The notes under the pieces are model-generated. The model ran no database searches. It was not told the origin of the DNA and saw only the letters and a list, made by a program, of their open reading frames with translations. Shown one piece after another: positions 55,816-64,000 of a DNA stretch of 64,000 nucleotides (positions are counted from its first letter, which is position 1; every line of letters begins with the position of its first letter). A program made the position numbers and the translations under genes. The DNA lies in assembly GCA_003526375.1 (NCBI GenBank), contig DPDG01000050.1, positions 52,283 to 116,282 on the forward strand. The letters are read 5' to 3'. The DNA comes from Lentisphaeria bacterium (lineage in GTDB: Bacteria > Verrucomicrobiota > Lentisphaeria > Victivallales > UBA1829).

Positions 55816-56556
55816 ATGACTTTTTCGCAAAAACTGAACAAGACATGGATCAGGAAACTGTTTCACTGTACGGCGGCATTGTCCGGTGCCCTGTTTCTGG
55901 CATCCTGTTCGGACAATAAGCTGCCCTCCCCTCCCAAGGCGCACCCGGAGCTTCTCCTTGAGATTTATGACGCGACATCGAAAGGCGAACATAAACTCGC
56001 CCTCAAAAAGATAGAACGTCTGCGCACGATTGAAAAAACCAGTGTATTTCTTTCGGAACTTGAGTCTGTGGAACGCAATAATGCCGTCATGGAGCAGGTC
56101 AACCAATATGTAGAGACAGGGAATTTCGCCGAAGCGTTGAAATATCTTGAGGCGCAGGAAATCAGAAACGGAACACATGACGACACAACGGAAGCAAAGG
56201 AGCAGATCCGGATGCTGGCGGAAATCGACACCTTGCTGAACAAGGCGCAGACAGCCCGTTCTTCTGATGCGCTCGCAAAAACGGTCGAAGATTTGCGTAA
56301 AACAGCAAAAAAAATCATGATTTCACAGAAAATACAGAACTTTATCGACAGAAAAGAGTCTGAAATAAGAACAATGCAGACGGTGGAAAAGGACCGGATG
56401 CAGTTCGGCATGATTGCCGATATCGGTGCAATGCTGGAACAGGGAAATGCGGAAGCGGCCGTCATAGCGGCGGTGCTGGCTCTGGAGGATGAAGAAAATC
56501 CGGTTCTTCCGAAAATCCTCTCCGTCATGAGCGGCGCACAGGGCAGAGACAAGTAA
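55816..56556 (+). CDS. Hypothetical lipoprotein (helical, TPR-like)
   Basis: Signal peptide plus lipobox (GALFLASCSD). The start is trimmed to ATG 55816; the track start at 55798 is TTG. Confidence 0.7.
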   Translation: MTFSQKLNKTWIRKLFHCTAALSGALFLASCSDNKLPSPPKAHPELLLEIYDATSKGEHKLALKKIERLRTIEKTSVFLSELESVERNNAVMEQVNQYVETGNFAEALKYLEAQEIRNGTHDDTTEAKEQIRMLAEIDTLLNKAQTARSSDALAKTVEDLRKTAKKIMISQKIQNFIDRKESEIRTMQTVEKDRMQFGMIADIGAMLEQGNAEAAVIAAVLALEDEENPVLPKILSVMSGAQGRDK

Positions 56557-56601
56557 AAATTTTCATGAAAAGTATTCAACAATAAGAAAGGGATTCAATC
56601 C

Positions 56602-57720
56602 ATGATGAGAAGATCAAAATTCATCCGCTCGGCGGCAGTGACCACTGTCTCCGCCTTCGTGCTGGCAGCTTCCGCCACGGCGTGCGGACAGGAAAAACCG
56701 GCAGATGCAAAAACAGCCAAGCCTGAAGCAAAGGCCGCCGCACCCGCCAAGCCCGCCCCCAAGACTCTGGACGAGGTATTCGTCTTCCTGCCGGATCCGG
56801 TTGCCACAGTCGGCAATAAAAAGATTTCCAAAAAGGAATTTCTTGACCAGCTCGGCAAAGTGCCGGTGGAATACATTGCCCAGTTGACGCCCGACATGCT
56901 CAAGACACAGGCGAAACAGATGGTCAACAGCCTTGTCGATATGGAAGTTCTTTTGGCTCTCGCGGAAAAATCCGGCGTCAAGCCCACCAAGGAACTTGTC
57001 ATTGCGGAATTCGACAAGAAACTCAAGGAAATGCCCAAAGAGCAGCTCGACATGATCACGAAACAGCTTGAACTTCAGGGCAAGAAACTTGACGACATCA
57101 AGGCGGAAGCCGTCAAAGACCCGAATACGTTCAAGTTTTATGCGATCAACAAATGGGTGGAAGACAATCTGAAATCCAAAGTCAAAGTCACGGATGCCGA
57201 CATCGAGAAATACTACAAGGAACATCAGGATCAGTTCAAGAAGCCGGAAACCCTTACCGCGTCCCACATTCTGATCTCCACGATGCCCGCAGACGGCAAA
57301 CCCGGCGCGGCGGTTGATCCAGCCAAGGACAAAGAAGCCAAAGCAAAGGCGGAGAAGATTCTTGCCGATCTCAAGAAAGGCGCGGATTTCGGCGCAATCG
57401 CGGAAAAAGAGAGCGCCTGCCCCAGCGGAAAACAGGCGAAAGGCAAGCTTCCTCCGTTCACAAAGGGACAGATGGTTCCCGAGTTTGAAAAGGCGGCGAT
57501 GGCTCTCAAGCCCGGACAGCTTTCCGAAGTCGTCAAGACTCCGTTCGGCTACCATATCATCAAGCTGGAAGCCAAGAATCCGGCAAGCGTGATGCCGCTC
57601 GCACAGGTCAAAGAGGCGATCAAAGCCAACCTCGAAGCCAAAGCTCTCGAAAAACAGTTGACCGAGACTCTGACCAAGCAGAAAACCAATATGAATGTCA
57701 AGATCAACGATTTCAAATAA
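56602..57720 (+). CDS. Peptidyl-prolyl cis-trans isomerase, parvulin type (PrsA/SurA-like)
   Basis: Signal peptide, a chaperone-like N-terminal domain, and a parvulin core: TASHILIS...GADFGAIAEKESACPS...GQMVPEFEKAA...VVKTPFGYHIIKLE. Confidence 0.88.
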   Translation: MMRRSKFIRSAAVTTVSAFVLAASATACGQEKPADAKTAKPEAKAAAPAKPAPKTLDEVFVFLPDPVATVGNKKISKKEFLDQLGKVPVEYIAQLTPDMLKTQAKQMVNSLVDMEVLLALAEKSGVKPTKELVIAEFDKKLKEMPKEQLDMITKQLELQGKKLDDIKAEAVKDPNTFKFYAINKWVEDNLKSKVKVTDADIEKYYKEHQDQFKKPETLTASHILISTMPADGKPGAAVDPAKDKEAKAKAEKILADLKKGADFGAIAEKESACPSGKQAKGKLPPFTKGQMVPEFEKAAMALKPGQLSEVVKTPFGYHIIKLEAKNPASVMPLAQVKEAIKANLEAKALEKQLTETLTKQKTNMNVKINDFK

Positions 57721-57748
57721 TCGACGGTCGCAGAAGCAATCAGCAAAA

Positions 57749-57782
57749 GGCTTGCCTCCCTCCGGAAGCAAGCCTTTTTTCT
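57749..57782 (+). terminator. Intrinsic terminator after the PPIase gene
   Basis: GGCTTGC (57749-57755), 12-nt loop, GCAAGCC (57768-57774), then TTTTTTCTT. Confidence 0.75.
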
Positions 57783-57805
57783 TAAAGAAAGGGAGGGGAA
57801 ACAGA

Positions 57806-58369
57806 ATGGAAATCCAATCACTGCTCAAACTCATCGGAAAGCGCCAGAGCTGCCGCGCCTACGTTCCGGGAAAAGAAATCCCCGGAGAACTCATGCGGAA
57901 CTGTCTGGAAGCCGCCAGACTCGCGCCGTCCTCCTGCAATAAACAGCCGTGGCGTTTCGTGATAGTCAGGGAGAGAGAGATGATCCGGCGCATTGCCGGG
58001 GAAGGGCTTCTGCCCGGCATAAAAATGACGTGGCTCAACGACGCCTCCGCAATTGCGGTGCTGTGCGCCAAAACCGACGTCAAAGTACACTGGCTCGCTC
58101 CGATTCTTTCAGGAATCCAGTATCATCTGGTCGATCTTGGCATCGCCGGAGAACATTTCTGCCTCGCGGCGGAAGCGCAGGGGCTCGGTACCTGCTGGAT
58201 CGGATGGTTCAAACCGAAAGCCGTGGCGCAGATGCTCGGAATTCCGTCGGGAATCCAGCCGACAGCTCTGATCTCCGTCGGTTATCCGCAGGAAAGGCAT
58301 GATCCTGTTCCGCGTCTTCCGCTGGAAGAAATCGCCTGCGCCGACAGGTGGGGCAAACCAATTCAATAA
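57806..58369 (+). CDS. Nitroreductase-family protein
   Basis: RQSCRAY...LEAARLAPSSCNKQPWRFVIV and ...GLGTCWIG.. The start is trimmed to ATG 57806 with RBS AAGGGAGGGG. Confidence 0.85.
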   Translation: MEIQSLLKLIGKRQSCRAYVPGKEIPGELMRNCLEAARLAPSSCNKQPWRFVIVREREMIRRIAGEGLLPGIKMTWLNDASAIAVLCAKTDVKVHWLAPILSGIQYHLVDLGIAGEHFCLAAEAQGLGTCWIGWFKPKAVAQMLGIPSGIQPTALISVGYPQERHDPVPRLPLEEIACADRWGKPIQ

Positions 58370-60141
58370 GAACGGCCGTTCACTTTGTTGACATAGTTCA
58401 CAAGAGCACGGTTTACGACGCGGTTGCCGCCGGGAGTCGGGTAATCACCGGAAAAATACCAGTCTCCCCGGTGCTCCGGACATGCGGCATGCACATCTTC
58501 GATTCTTTGGAAAATCACCTTTACGGAAGCGCGCAGATCAGGAGGCGTCAGCAGGATGCCGATCTCATCGCATAACTGCTCGAAAGTAAACTGTTCATAA
58601 AGAGTCCTGACATGATTCTTCATGCAGCAGTCCGGTTTTTCCAAGTCCAGCAGCGCTTTCTCCGCCGTAATGGGAAGAAGGTCCTGCCTGCCATGTTTCT
58701 TCAATAAAGATACCAGAGCCTCGAAAGCGACCAGTTCACCGAAACTTGACATGTCGATTCCATAGCAGTCCGGATAGCAGATCGGCGGAGCGGCGGATGC
58801 GACCACGATTTTCTTCGGGCCGAGACGGTCCAGAATCGGCAGGATCGCGTTGCGCATGGTATTGCCGCGCACGATCGAATCATCCAGCACAACCAGCGTA
58901 TCCGCTCCCGGATGAATCACTCCGTAAGTCACATCATACACATGCGGGAAAAGATCGCGCCGGTGCGAGGCGTCCGTAATGAATGTGCGGAATTTCGCGT
59001 CCTTGACGGCGATCTGGGAAAAACGCACCCGGTGACTCCCGCGCAGGCTGTCCAGACCGTCCAGCAGACCGTGAAAACTGATCTGGGCGGTATTCGGGAT
59101 ATAGGAAAAAACAGTATTGTCGAAATCATCGTCAATCGCCTTCATGACAGCCGGCACAAGAGCGCGTCCGAGCGCAAGACGCTCACGGTGAATGTCGGCG
59201 TCATTTCCCCGTGAAAAATAGATCCGTTCAAACACACAGCGCTTATGGGGAATGGACGGCAGACACTCTTTCAAGGCAATGTCGCCGTTCACGGAGATCG
59301 TGAGAGCGTGCCCCGGAGGCAGCTCCATCACTTCCGAACTCGAAAGATTGAATGCAGTCTGAATCGCCGGACGCTCCGAAGCGACAACCGCGATCTCATC
59401 ATCGAAATAGTAATATCCGGGACGGATTCCCGCCGCATCACGCAACGCAAACGCATCGCCGTGCCCGAAAAGCCCGCACAAAGTAAAGCCGCCGTCCCAA
59501 TGGACAGCCGCCTGTTTCAAGAGTTCAAAAATATCAAGCATCGGCTCATGTCCTCCGCGCGGCTCCAGCATCTTTTCCAGATAATGCCCGAGATGAAGCA
59601 GAAGAATTTCGCTGTCCTGCCGGCTGTTCGGGTGATGCCCGGATGCCACAAGCTCATTGAAAATGGCGGACGTATTCGTAAGGTTGAAATTTCCGGCAAG
59701 GAGCATCGTGTGTTTGCGGCAGGAACTCGCGCGGACCACGGGATGGCACGCAGAAAGGGAGCGTTTGCCGAAAGTGCCGTAACGGAGGTGCCCGAGATAA
59801 AGCTCACTGCAGAACGGCAGGCTCAGCGAGGAAATCTTGTCGATCTCTCCGGCATGTTCCAGCCCGCATTCAATCTGTGTCCCGATCCGTTCAAGCAGAT
59901 CGGCAAGCGACAGATCGCGGTTTGATTTTTCCAACTGATAGTAAGGCATGCCTGGCTCGGCATCCAGTCCGAGACTCGCGATTCCGGCGCCGTCCTGCCC
60001 GCGGTTGTGCTGTTTCTCCAGCAGCAGGGAAAGTTTATGGTAGCCGTAATACGGCGTCCCGTATTTGCGCAGATAATAGTTCAGATCCTTCCGCAGACGC
60101 AGAAGCGCGACTCCGCACTCGTGTTTGATTTCGTCGGACAT
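58363..60141 (-). CDS. purF: Amidophosphoribosyltransferase, long form (class-II glutamine amidotransferase + PRTase)
   Basis: A short propeptide is followed by the nucleophile Cys (IKHECGVALLRL). Also EKQHNRGQDGAG and the PRPP loop LVVLDDSIVRGNT. The start is trimmed to ATG 60141 with RBS GGGAGAAAGAG. Confidence 0.85.
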   Translation of the reverse strand: MSDEIKHECGVALLRLRKDLNYYLRKYGTPYYGYHKLSLLLEKQHNRGQDGAGIASLGLDAEPGMPYYQLEKSNRDLSLADLLERIGTQIECGLEHAGEIDKISSLSLPFCSELYLGHLRYGTFGKRSLSACHPVVRASSCRKHTMLLAGNFNLTNTSAIFNELVASGHHPNSRQDSEILLLHLGHYLEKMLEPRGGHEPMLDIFELLKQAAVHWDGGFTLCGLFGHGDAFALRDAAGIRPGYYYFDDEIAVVASERPAIQTAFNLSSSEVMELPPGHALTISVNGDIALKECLPSIPHKRCVFERIYFSRGNDADIHRERLALGRALVPAVMKAIDDDFDNTVFSYIPNTAQISFHGLLDGLDSLRGSHRVRFSQIAVKDAKFRTFITDASHRRDLFPHVYDVTYGVIHPGADTLVVLDDSIVRGNTMRNAILPILDRLGPKKIVVASAAPPICYPDCYGIDMSSFGELVAFEALVSLLKKHGRQDLLPITAEKALLDLEKPDCCMKNHVRTLYEQFTFEQLCDEIGILLTPPDLRASVKVIFQRIEDVHAACPEHRGDWYFSGDYPTPGGNRVVNRALVNYVNKVNGRSY

Positions 60142-60243
60142 AGTCTCTTTCTCCCTGATTTTATGCAGATGGTAAAGCAGGAATAATGCCAGATGCAAAG
60201 TGCGGAGAACTCAGGCGGGAAAAAGGATTCGATCGTTCTCTGT

Positions 60244-60293
60244 TTTTACAAAAATGTAAAAAACAACAGCGCGCATTTTACATTTTTGTAAAA
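60244..60293. promoter_or_regulatory. Pair of 18-bp palindromic operator-like sites (TTTTACA-N4-TGTAAAA), candidate enhancer/UAS
   Basis: 60244-60261 is TTTTACAAAAATGTAAAA and 60276-60293 is TTTTACATTTTTGTAAAA. The two are exact reverse complements of each other, and each is itself a 7-4-7 palindrome. Their centres are 32 bp apart. They lie in the purF-like/gltB divergent region. Confidence 0.6.
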
Positions 60294-60322
60294 TAAAATT
60301 CCTTTCTTTCCCTGAAACAGAG

Positions 60323-60340
60323 TTGGCATAATACCTGCTT
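60323..60340 (+). promoter_or_regulatory. Candidate sigma54 (-24/-12) promoter of gltB
   Basis: TTGGCATAATACCTGCTT has GG at 60325-60326 and GC at 60337-60338, the exact spacing of the consensus TGGCAC-N5-TTGC. It lies about 37 nt upstream of the gltB ATG. Confidence 0.5.
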
Positions 60341-60376
60341 TTCCATCTGGCAAATTTCAAAAAGGAGTGTGGAATT

Positions 60377-63300
60377 ATGGTGGAAAACAATCAGGAACAG
60401 CAAATCCCCGGCCGACAGCAGTTTCCGGTGCCGGACACGGGGTTATACTCTTTCCGCAATGAACACGATGCCTGCGGCGTTGGGCTTGTCGCGAATCTCA
60501 ACAACATTGCAGAACACAGAATCGTCGAAATGGGAATCACGGTTCTGAAACGGCTCATGCACAGAGGAGCGGCGGGCGGCGATCCGGAAACCGGGGACGG
60601 CGCGGGCATCCTGCTTGCCCTGCCCGACAAATTCTTCCGCAAATCCCTGCCGGTCACACTTCCGGCAAAGGGTGCCTACGGTGTGGCAATGCTGTTCGGC
60701 GGCGCTCACGAGGAGTCGCGGATCGAAAGCATCGTCACCTCCGAAGGGGGACGCATCCTTTTCTGGCGCGACGTTCCGGTTCATCCCGAAAGCATCGGCG
60801 CGGCGGCGCGCAAGACCTGTCCCCTGATCCGCCAGATCTTCATCGGCGGCGAAGAATTCAAGTCGCAGGCTGTCTTCGAGCGCAAACTGTTCGTTATGCG
60901 CCGCCTCATTGAAAAACGCCTGCCGGACTGCTATGTTCCGAGCTGTTCCAGCCGGAGCATCGTATACAAGGGACTCCTCCTTGCGACCCAGATCGACAAA
61001 TTCTATCCAGATCTCAACGATCCGGACTTTGAAAGCCCGCTCGCGCTGGTTCACCAGCGTTACAGCACCAACACCTTCCCCACATGGAAGCTTGCGCATC
61101 CGTTCCGCTATCTTGCGCACAACGGCGAAATCAATACCCTGCGCGGGAATCTCAACCAGCTCCGCAGCCGGGAACCGTTCCTCAAATGCGAAGAACTCGG
61201 CGATGATGTGAAGAAGCTTCTCCCGCTGATTGACGCGGGGCAAAGCGACTCGGCATGTCTCGACAATATGTTCGAGCTCCTCGTCGCCGCCGGACGCAGC
61301 CTGCCGCACGCCATGCTGATGCTGATCCCGCAGGCATGGGGAAAGAACTATCATCTCGGACGCGACGTCCGCGGATTTTTCGATTATCACTCCGCCCTGA
61401 TGGAACCGTGGGACGGCCCCGCCGCCGTCGCGTTCTCCGACGGTGTGAATGCCGGCGCAATCCTCGACCGCAACGGACTCCGCCCCGCCCGTTACTCCCT
61501 GACGAAAGACGGCATTTTCGTGCTCGCCTCCGAAACCGGAGTGCTTGATCTCAAATCCTCCGAAATCGTCCGCAAGGGCAGGCTCAAACCCGGCGAGATG
61601 ATCTACTGCGACCTTGAAAAGCGCCGTCTGGTATTCGATGCGGAACTCAAGAACGACGCCGCACGCCGCAAACCCTACCGCCGCTGGGCGGAGGAAGGTA
61701 AAATCTCCGTGCACGGGCTTTTCGATTCGGTCAATCCCTCCGAAGTCCCCGAACACATCAGTTACCGCCAGCAGCTCTTCGGATGGAGCCGCGAGGACGT
61801 CGAAATTCTGGTTCAGCCGATGGCGGAAACCGGACACGAACCCGTCGGCTCCATGGGCAACGACGCATCGCTCGCGGTGCTCTCGGAAAAGCCCCAGCTC
61901 CTTTACAACTACTTCAAACAGCTTTTCGCGCAGGTGACGAATCCGCCGATCGACCCGATCCGCGAGGAACTCGTCATGAGCCTGACCACCTACATCGGCA
62001 ACGAGGGCAACATCCTCTCCGATGAACAGGCGAAATCCAGACTCATCAAACTCCCGCGCCCCGTGCTGACCGATGAGGACATCCGCCGCCTGAGCGCCCT
62101 GAGCGACGGATTCTTTTCCGCCGTCACGCTCCCCCTCGGCTGGAAGGAAAATCTGGAAGGCGCGCTGGCGAAACTCGAACAGGATGCGATCAGCCATGTG
62201 AAAAACGGAAAGAACATCGTCATCCTGAGCGACCGCGCACTTGCCGGCGGAGAGATGCCGATACCCGCCCTGCTCGCAGTGGCGGCGGTCAACCGCGCCC
62301 TCAGCCGCGAGGGGCTCCGCCCGCCCGTCGGGCTCATCATTCAGTCCGGCGAAATCCGCGAAATCATGCACTACGCGCTCCTCCTCGGTTTCGGCGCAAC
62401 GGCAATCAATCCTTATCTGGCACTCGAAACCATCAGCACCCTGACCGCATCCGGCAAGCTCAAGCTCGATCCGGCGCGCGCCGTCGAAAACTACATCAAC
62501 GCCGTCGACAAGGGGCTGCTCAAAGTCATGTCCAAGATGGGCATCTCGACGCTCCGCAGTTACCGTTCGGCGCAGATCTTCGAGGCGGTCGGCATCGACC
62601 GCAGCGTAATCGACCGCTACTTCCCCGGAACGGCATCGCGGATCGGCGGCATCAAACTTGCCGACATCGCGGAAGAAGTAAAACGGCGCTGCGCGGCGGC
62701 ACATGCGGGACTCCTTCCCTCCGGCGGACAGTACCGTTTCCGCAGGGACGGCGAGAATCACCTCTGGACCCCGGAAAGCCTGAGCCTGTTCCGGCAGGCG
62801 GTTCAGGCAAACGATCCCGAAAAATACAAGGCATACGCCAATTACATCAATGACCAGTCGAAACACCTCTGCACCCTGCGCGGACTCTTTGAATTCGCCG
62901 ATACGCAAAGCATCCCGGTCGGGGAAGTGGAAAGCGTGGAATCCATTCTTCACCGCTTCGTTTCCGGCGCAATGAGCCTCGGCTCGCTGAGTCCCGAAGC
63001 GCATGAGGCGATTGCGATTGCGATGAACCGCATCGGAGCCATGAGCAACTGCGGAGAAGGCGGGGAAGACCCGGCGCGCGAGCAGCCGGGTCCGAACGGC
63101 GAAGACCGCAGGAGCGCGATCCGCCAGATCGCCAGCGGACGGTTCGGCGTCACGATTGATTACCTTGCCAATGCGCGCGATCTCCAGATCAAGATGGCGC
63201 AGGGCGCGAAACCCGGAGAGGGCGGACAGCTCCCCGGGCACAAGGTGGACGAAGCGATAGCGCGTGTCCGCCACTCCACGCCGCACGTCACGCTGATCTC

Positions 63301-64000
63301 CCCTCCCCCGCACCATGACATCTATTCAATCGAAGACCTTGCACAGCTCATCTATGATCTGCGCAACTCCAATCCGAAAGCGCGTGTCTCCGTCAAACTC
63401 GTTTCCGAAGTCGGAGTCGGCACCATCGCCGCAGGCGTGGCGAAAGCGCACGCGGACGTGATCCTCATCAGCGGTCATGACGGCGGAACCGGCGCCTCTC
63501 CGCTGACCAGCATCAAACACGCGGGACTCCCGTGGGAGCTCGGCATCGCGGAAGCGCAGCAGACGCTTGTCCTCAACAAACTGCGCGGAAATGTCAAACT
63601 GCAGGTGGACGGACAGCTCAAGACCGGACGGGACGTCATCATCGGCGCTCTGCTCGGAGCCGAGGAGTTCGGATTCGCCACCACGCTGCTGGTCTGCCTC
63701 GGATGCGTCATGATGCGCAAGTGCCATGAGAACTCCTGCCCGGTCGGCGTCGCAACGCAGGACCCAGAACTCCGCAAGTGTTTCAGAGGCAAGCCGGAAT
63801 ATATCATCAACTTTCTGAGGATGCTGGCGCAGGAGGTGCGGGAATATCTCGCACAACTCGGACTGCACTCCATAGATGAAGCGGTCGGGCGCTCCGACCT
63901 GCTCAGAATGAACCGCGCGATTGAGTTCTACAAGACACGCAATCTCGACTTCTCCAATGTGTTCCTCCGAGTTCCGGACGGCGCGGTCCGCTATGCTGGA
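60377..64000 (+). CDS. gltB: Glutamate synthase large subunit, 5' part (continues beyond the right edge)
   Basis: Not in the ORF track because it has no stop in the window. ATG 60377 follows AAAGGAG. Translation: [41 protein letters not shown]... (Ntn amidotransferase Cys). Further in frame: ...[23 protein letters not shown]...[28 protein letters not shown] (FMN domain). The frame is open to 64000. Confidence 0.95.
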   Translation, partial: MVENNQEQQIPGRQQFPVPDTGLYSFRNEHDACGVGLVANLNNIAEHRIVEMGITVLKRLMHRGAAGGDPETGDGAGILLALPDKFFRKSLPVTLPAKGAYGVAMLFGGAHEESRIESIVTSEGGRILFWRDVPVHPESIGAAARKTCPLIRQIFIGGEEFKSQAVFERKLFVMRRLIEKRLPDCYVPSCSSRSIVYKGLLLATQIDKFYPDLNDPDFESPLALVHQRYSTNTFPTWKLAHPFRYLAHNGEINTLRGNLNQLRSREPFLKCEELGDDVKKLLPLIDAGQSDSACLDNMFELLVAAGRSLPHAMLMLIPQAWGKNYHLGRDVRGFFDYHSALMEPWDGPAAVAFSDGVNAGAILDRNGLRPARYSLTKDGIFVLASETGVLDLKSSEIVRKGRLKPGEMIYCDLEKRRLVFDAELKNDAARRKPYRRWAEEGKISVHGLFDSVNPSEVPEHISYRQQLFGWSREDVEILVQPMAETGHEPVGSMGNDASLAVLSEKPQLLYNYFKQLFAQVTNPPIDPIREELVMSLTTYIGNEGNILSDEQAKSRLIKLPRPVLTDEDIRRLSALSDGFFSAVTLPLGWKENLEGALAKLEQDAISHVKNGKNIVILSDRALAGGEMPIPALLAVAAVNRALSREGLRPPVGLIIQSGEIREIMHYALLLGFGATAINPYLALETISTLTASGKLKLDPARAVENYINAVDKGLLKVMSKMGISTLRSYRSAQIFEAVGIDRSVIDRYFPGTASRIGGIKLADIAEEVKRRCAAAHAGLLPSGGQYRFRRDGENHLWTPESLSLFRQAVQANDPEKYKAYANYINDQSKHLCTLRGLFEFADTQSIPVGEVESVESILHRFVSGAMSLGSLSPEAHEAIAIAMNRIGAMSNCGEGGEDPAREQPGPNGEDRRSAIRQIASGRFGVTIDYLANARDLQIKMAQGAKPGEGGQLPGHKVDEAIARVRHSTPHVTLISPPPHHDIYSIEDLAQLIYDLRNSNPKARVSVKLVSEVGVGTIAAGVAKAHADVILISGHDGGTGASPLTSIKHAGLPWELGIAEAQQTLVLNKLRGNVKLQVDGQLKTGRDVIIGALLGAEEFGFATTLLVCLGCVMMRKCHENSCPVGVATQDPELRKCFRGKPEYIINFLRMLAQEVREYLAQLGLHSIDEAVGRSDLLRMNRAIEFYKTRNLDFSNVFLRVPDGAVRYAG

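Noticed and set aside
60244-60293. Alternative readings of the 18-bp inverted repeats: a terminator hairpin, MITE/IS ends, or TnrA/GlnR (TGTNA-N7-TNACA), NtcA (GTA-N8-TAC) or CRP/FNR sites.
   Set aside because: As a terminator the stem is almost pure A/T with no flanking U-tract logic, and it sits between two divergent starts. As mobile-element ends it is far too short, with a 14-nt spacer and no target duplication. The spacings do not fit the TnrA, NtcA or CRP consensus when laid over the sequence.
1-64000. CRISPR arrays, tRNA/rRNA genes, IS elements, integrases, prophage or toxin-antitoxin modules.
   Set aside because: Reading through all intergenic regions, I saw no regularly spaced direct repeats and no tRNA T-arm (GGTTCGAATCC-like) signatures. 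No ORF shows transposase, integrase or phage hallmarks. This was a search by eye only; tRNAscan-SE, Infernal or ISEScan would be definitive.

Overview
A gene-dense 64-kb chromosomal segment with about 50 protein genes. I found no rRNA, tRNA, CRISPR array, transposase or integrase by eye. The organism is a diderm: lpxA, an LpxL-family acyltransferase, a TolC-like lipoprotein and an RND pump are present. A prepilin-type/DUF1559-like protein, very large secreted glycoside-hydrolase-like proteins, DciA and RNase Y suggest the PVC group (Lentisphaerota/Verrucomicrobiota-like); this is inference only. Housekeeping genes: gltX, def, mcsA-mcsB, mnmG, a 5-formyl-THF cyclo-ligase, rny, glmS, carB, rpe, mutY, ferritin, rfbBACD plus a GDP-mannose pyrophosphorylase, lpxA, a parvulin PPIase, a long-form purF-like gene and the 5' 3.6 kb of gltB. 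Accessory-looking parts are a secreted HEAT/GH-like giant with a pseudopilin-like gene and an AraC regulator (7.8-13.4 kb), a three-gene modification cassette (23.6-26.3 kb), and an esterase/kinase/hydrolase/GNAT/secreted-protein/GntR stretch (33.4-42.6 kb). Most noteworthy: (1) a Cdc123/D123-family ATP-grasp gene wedged into the mcsA-mcsB arginine-kinase operon; (2) a single ORF fusing an aminoglycoside-type nucleotidyltransferase, a GNAT and a cytidine/blasticidin-type deaminase, flanked by a zinc-ribbon/bPH membrane protein and a second GNAT; (3) a fusion of a TIGR01212 (YhcC/YtqA-like) radical-SAM enzyme to an MnmC-type methyltransferase domain; (4) a sigma54-type -24/-12 promoter for gltB preceded by two perfect TTTTACA-N4-TGTAAAA palindromes; (5) an about 750-nt non-coding gap with stacked hairpins and an orphan terminator upstream of the cyclo-ligase gene, the classical 6S RNA position; (6) an untracked 35-codon basic ORF with its own RBS and terminator. 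Many ORF-track starts are upstream over-extensions, and I trimmed them to starts with RBS or N-terminal homology support. The many near-full-length antisense ORFs are codon-usage shadows.
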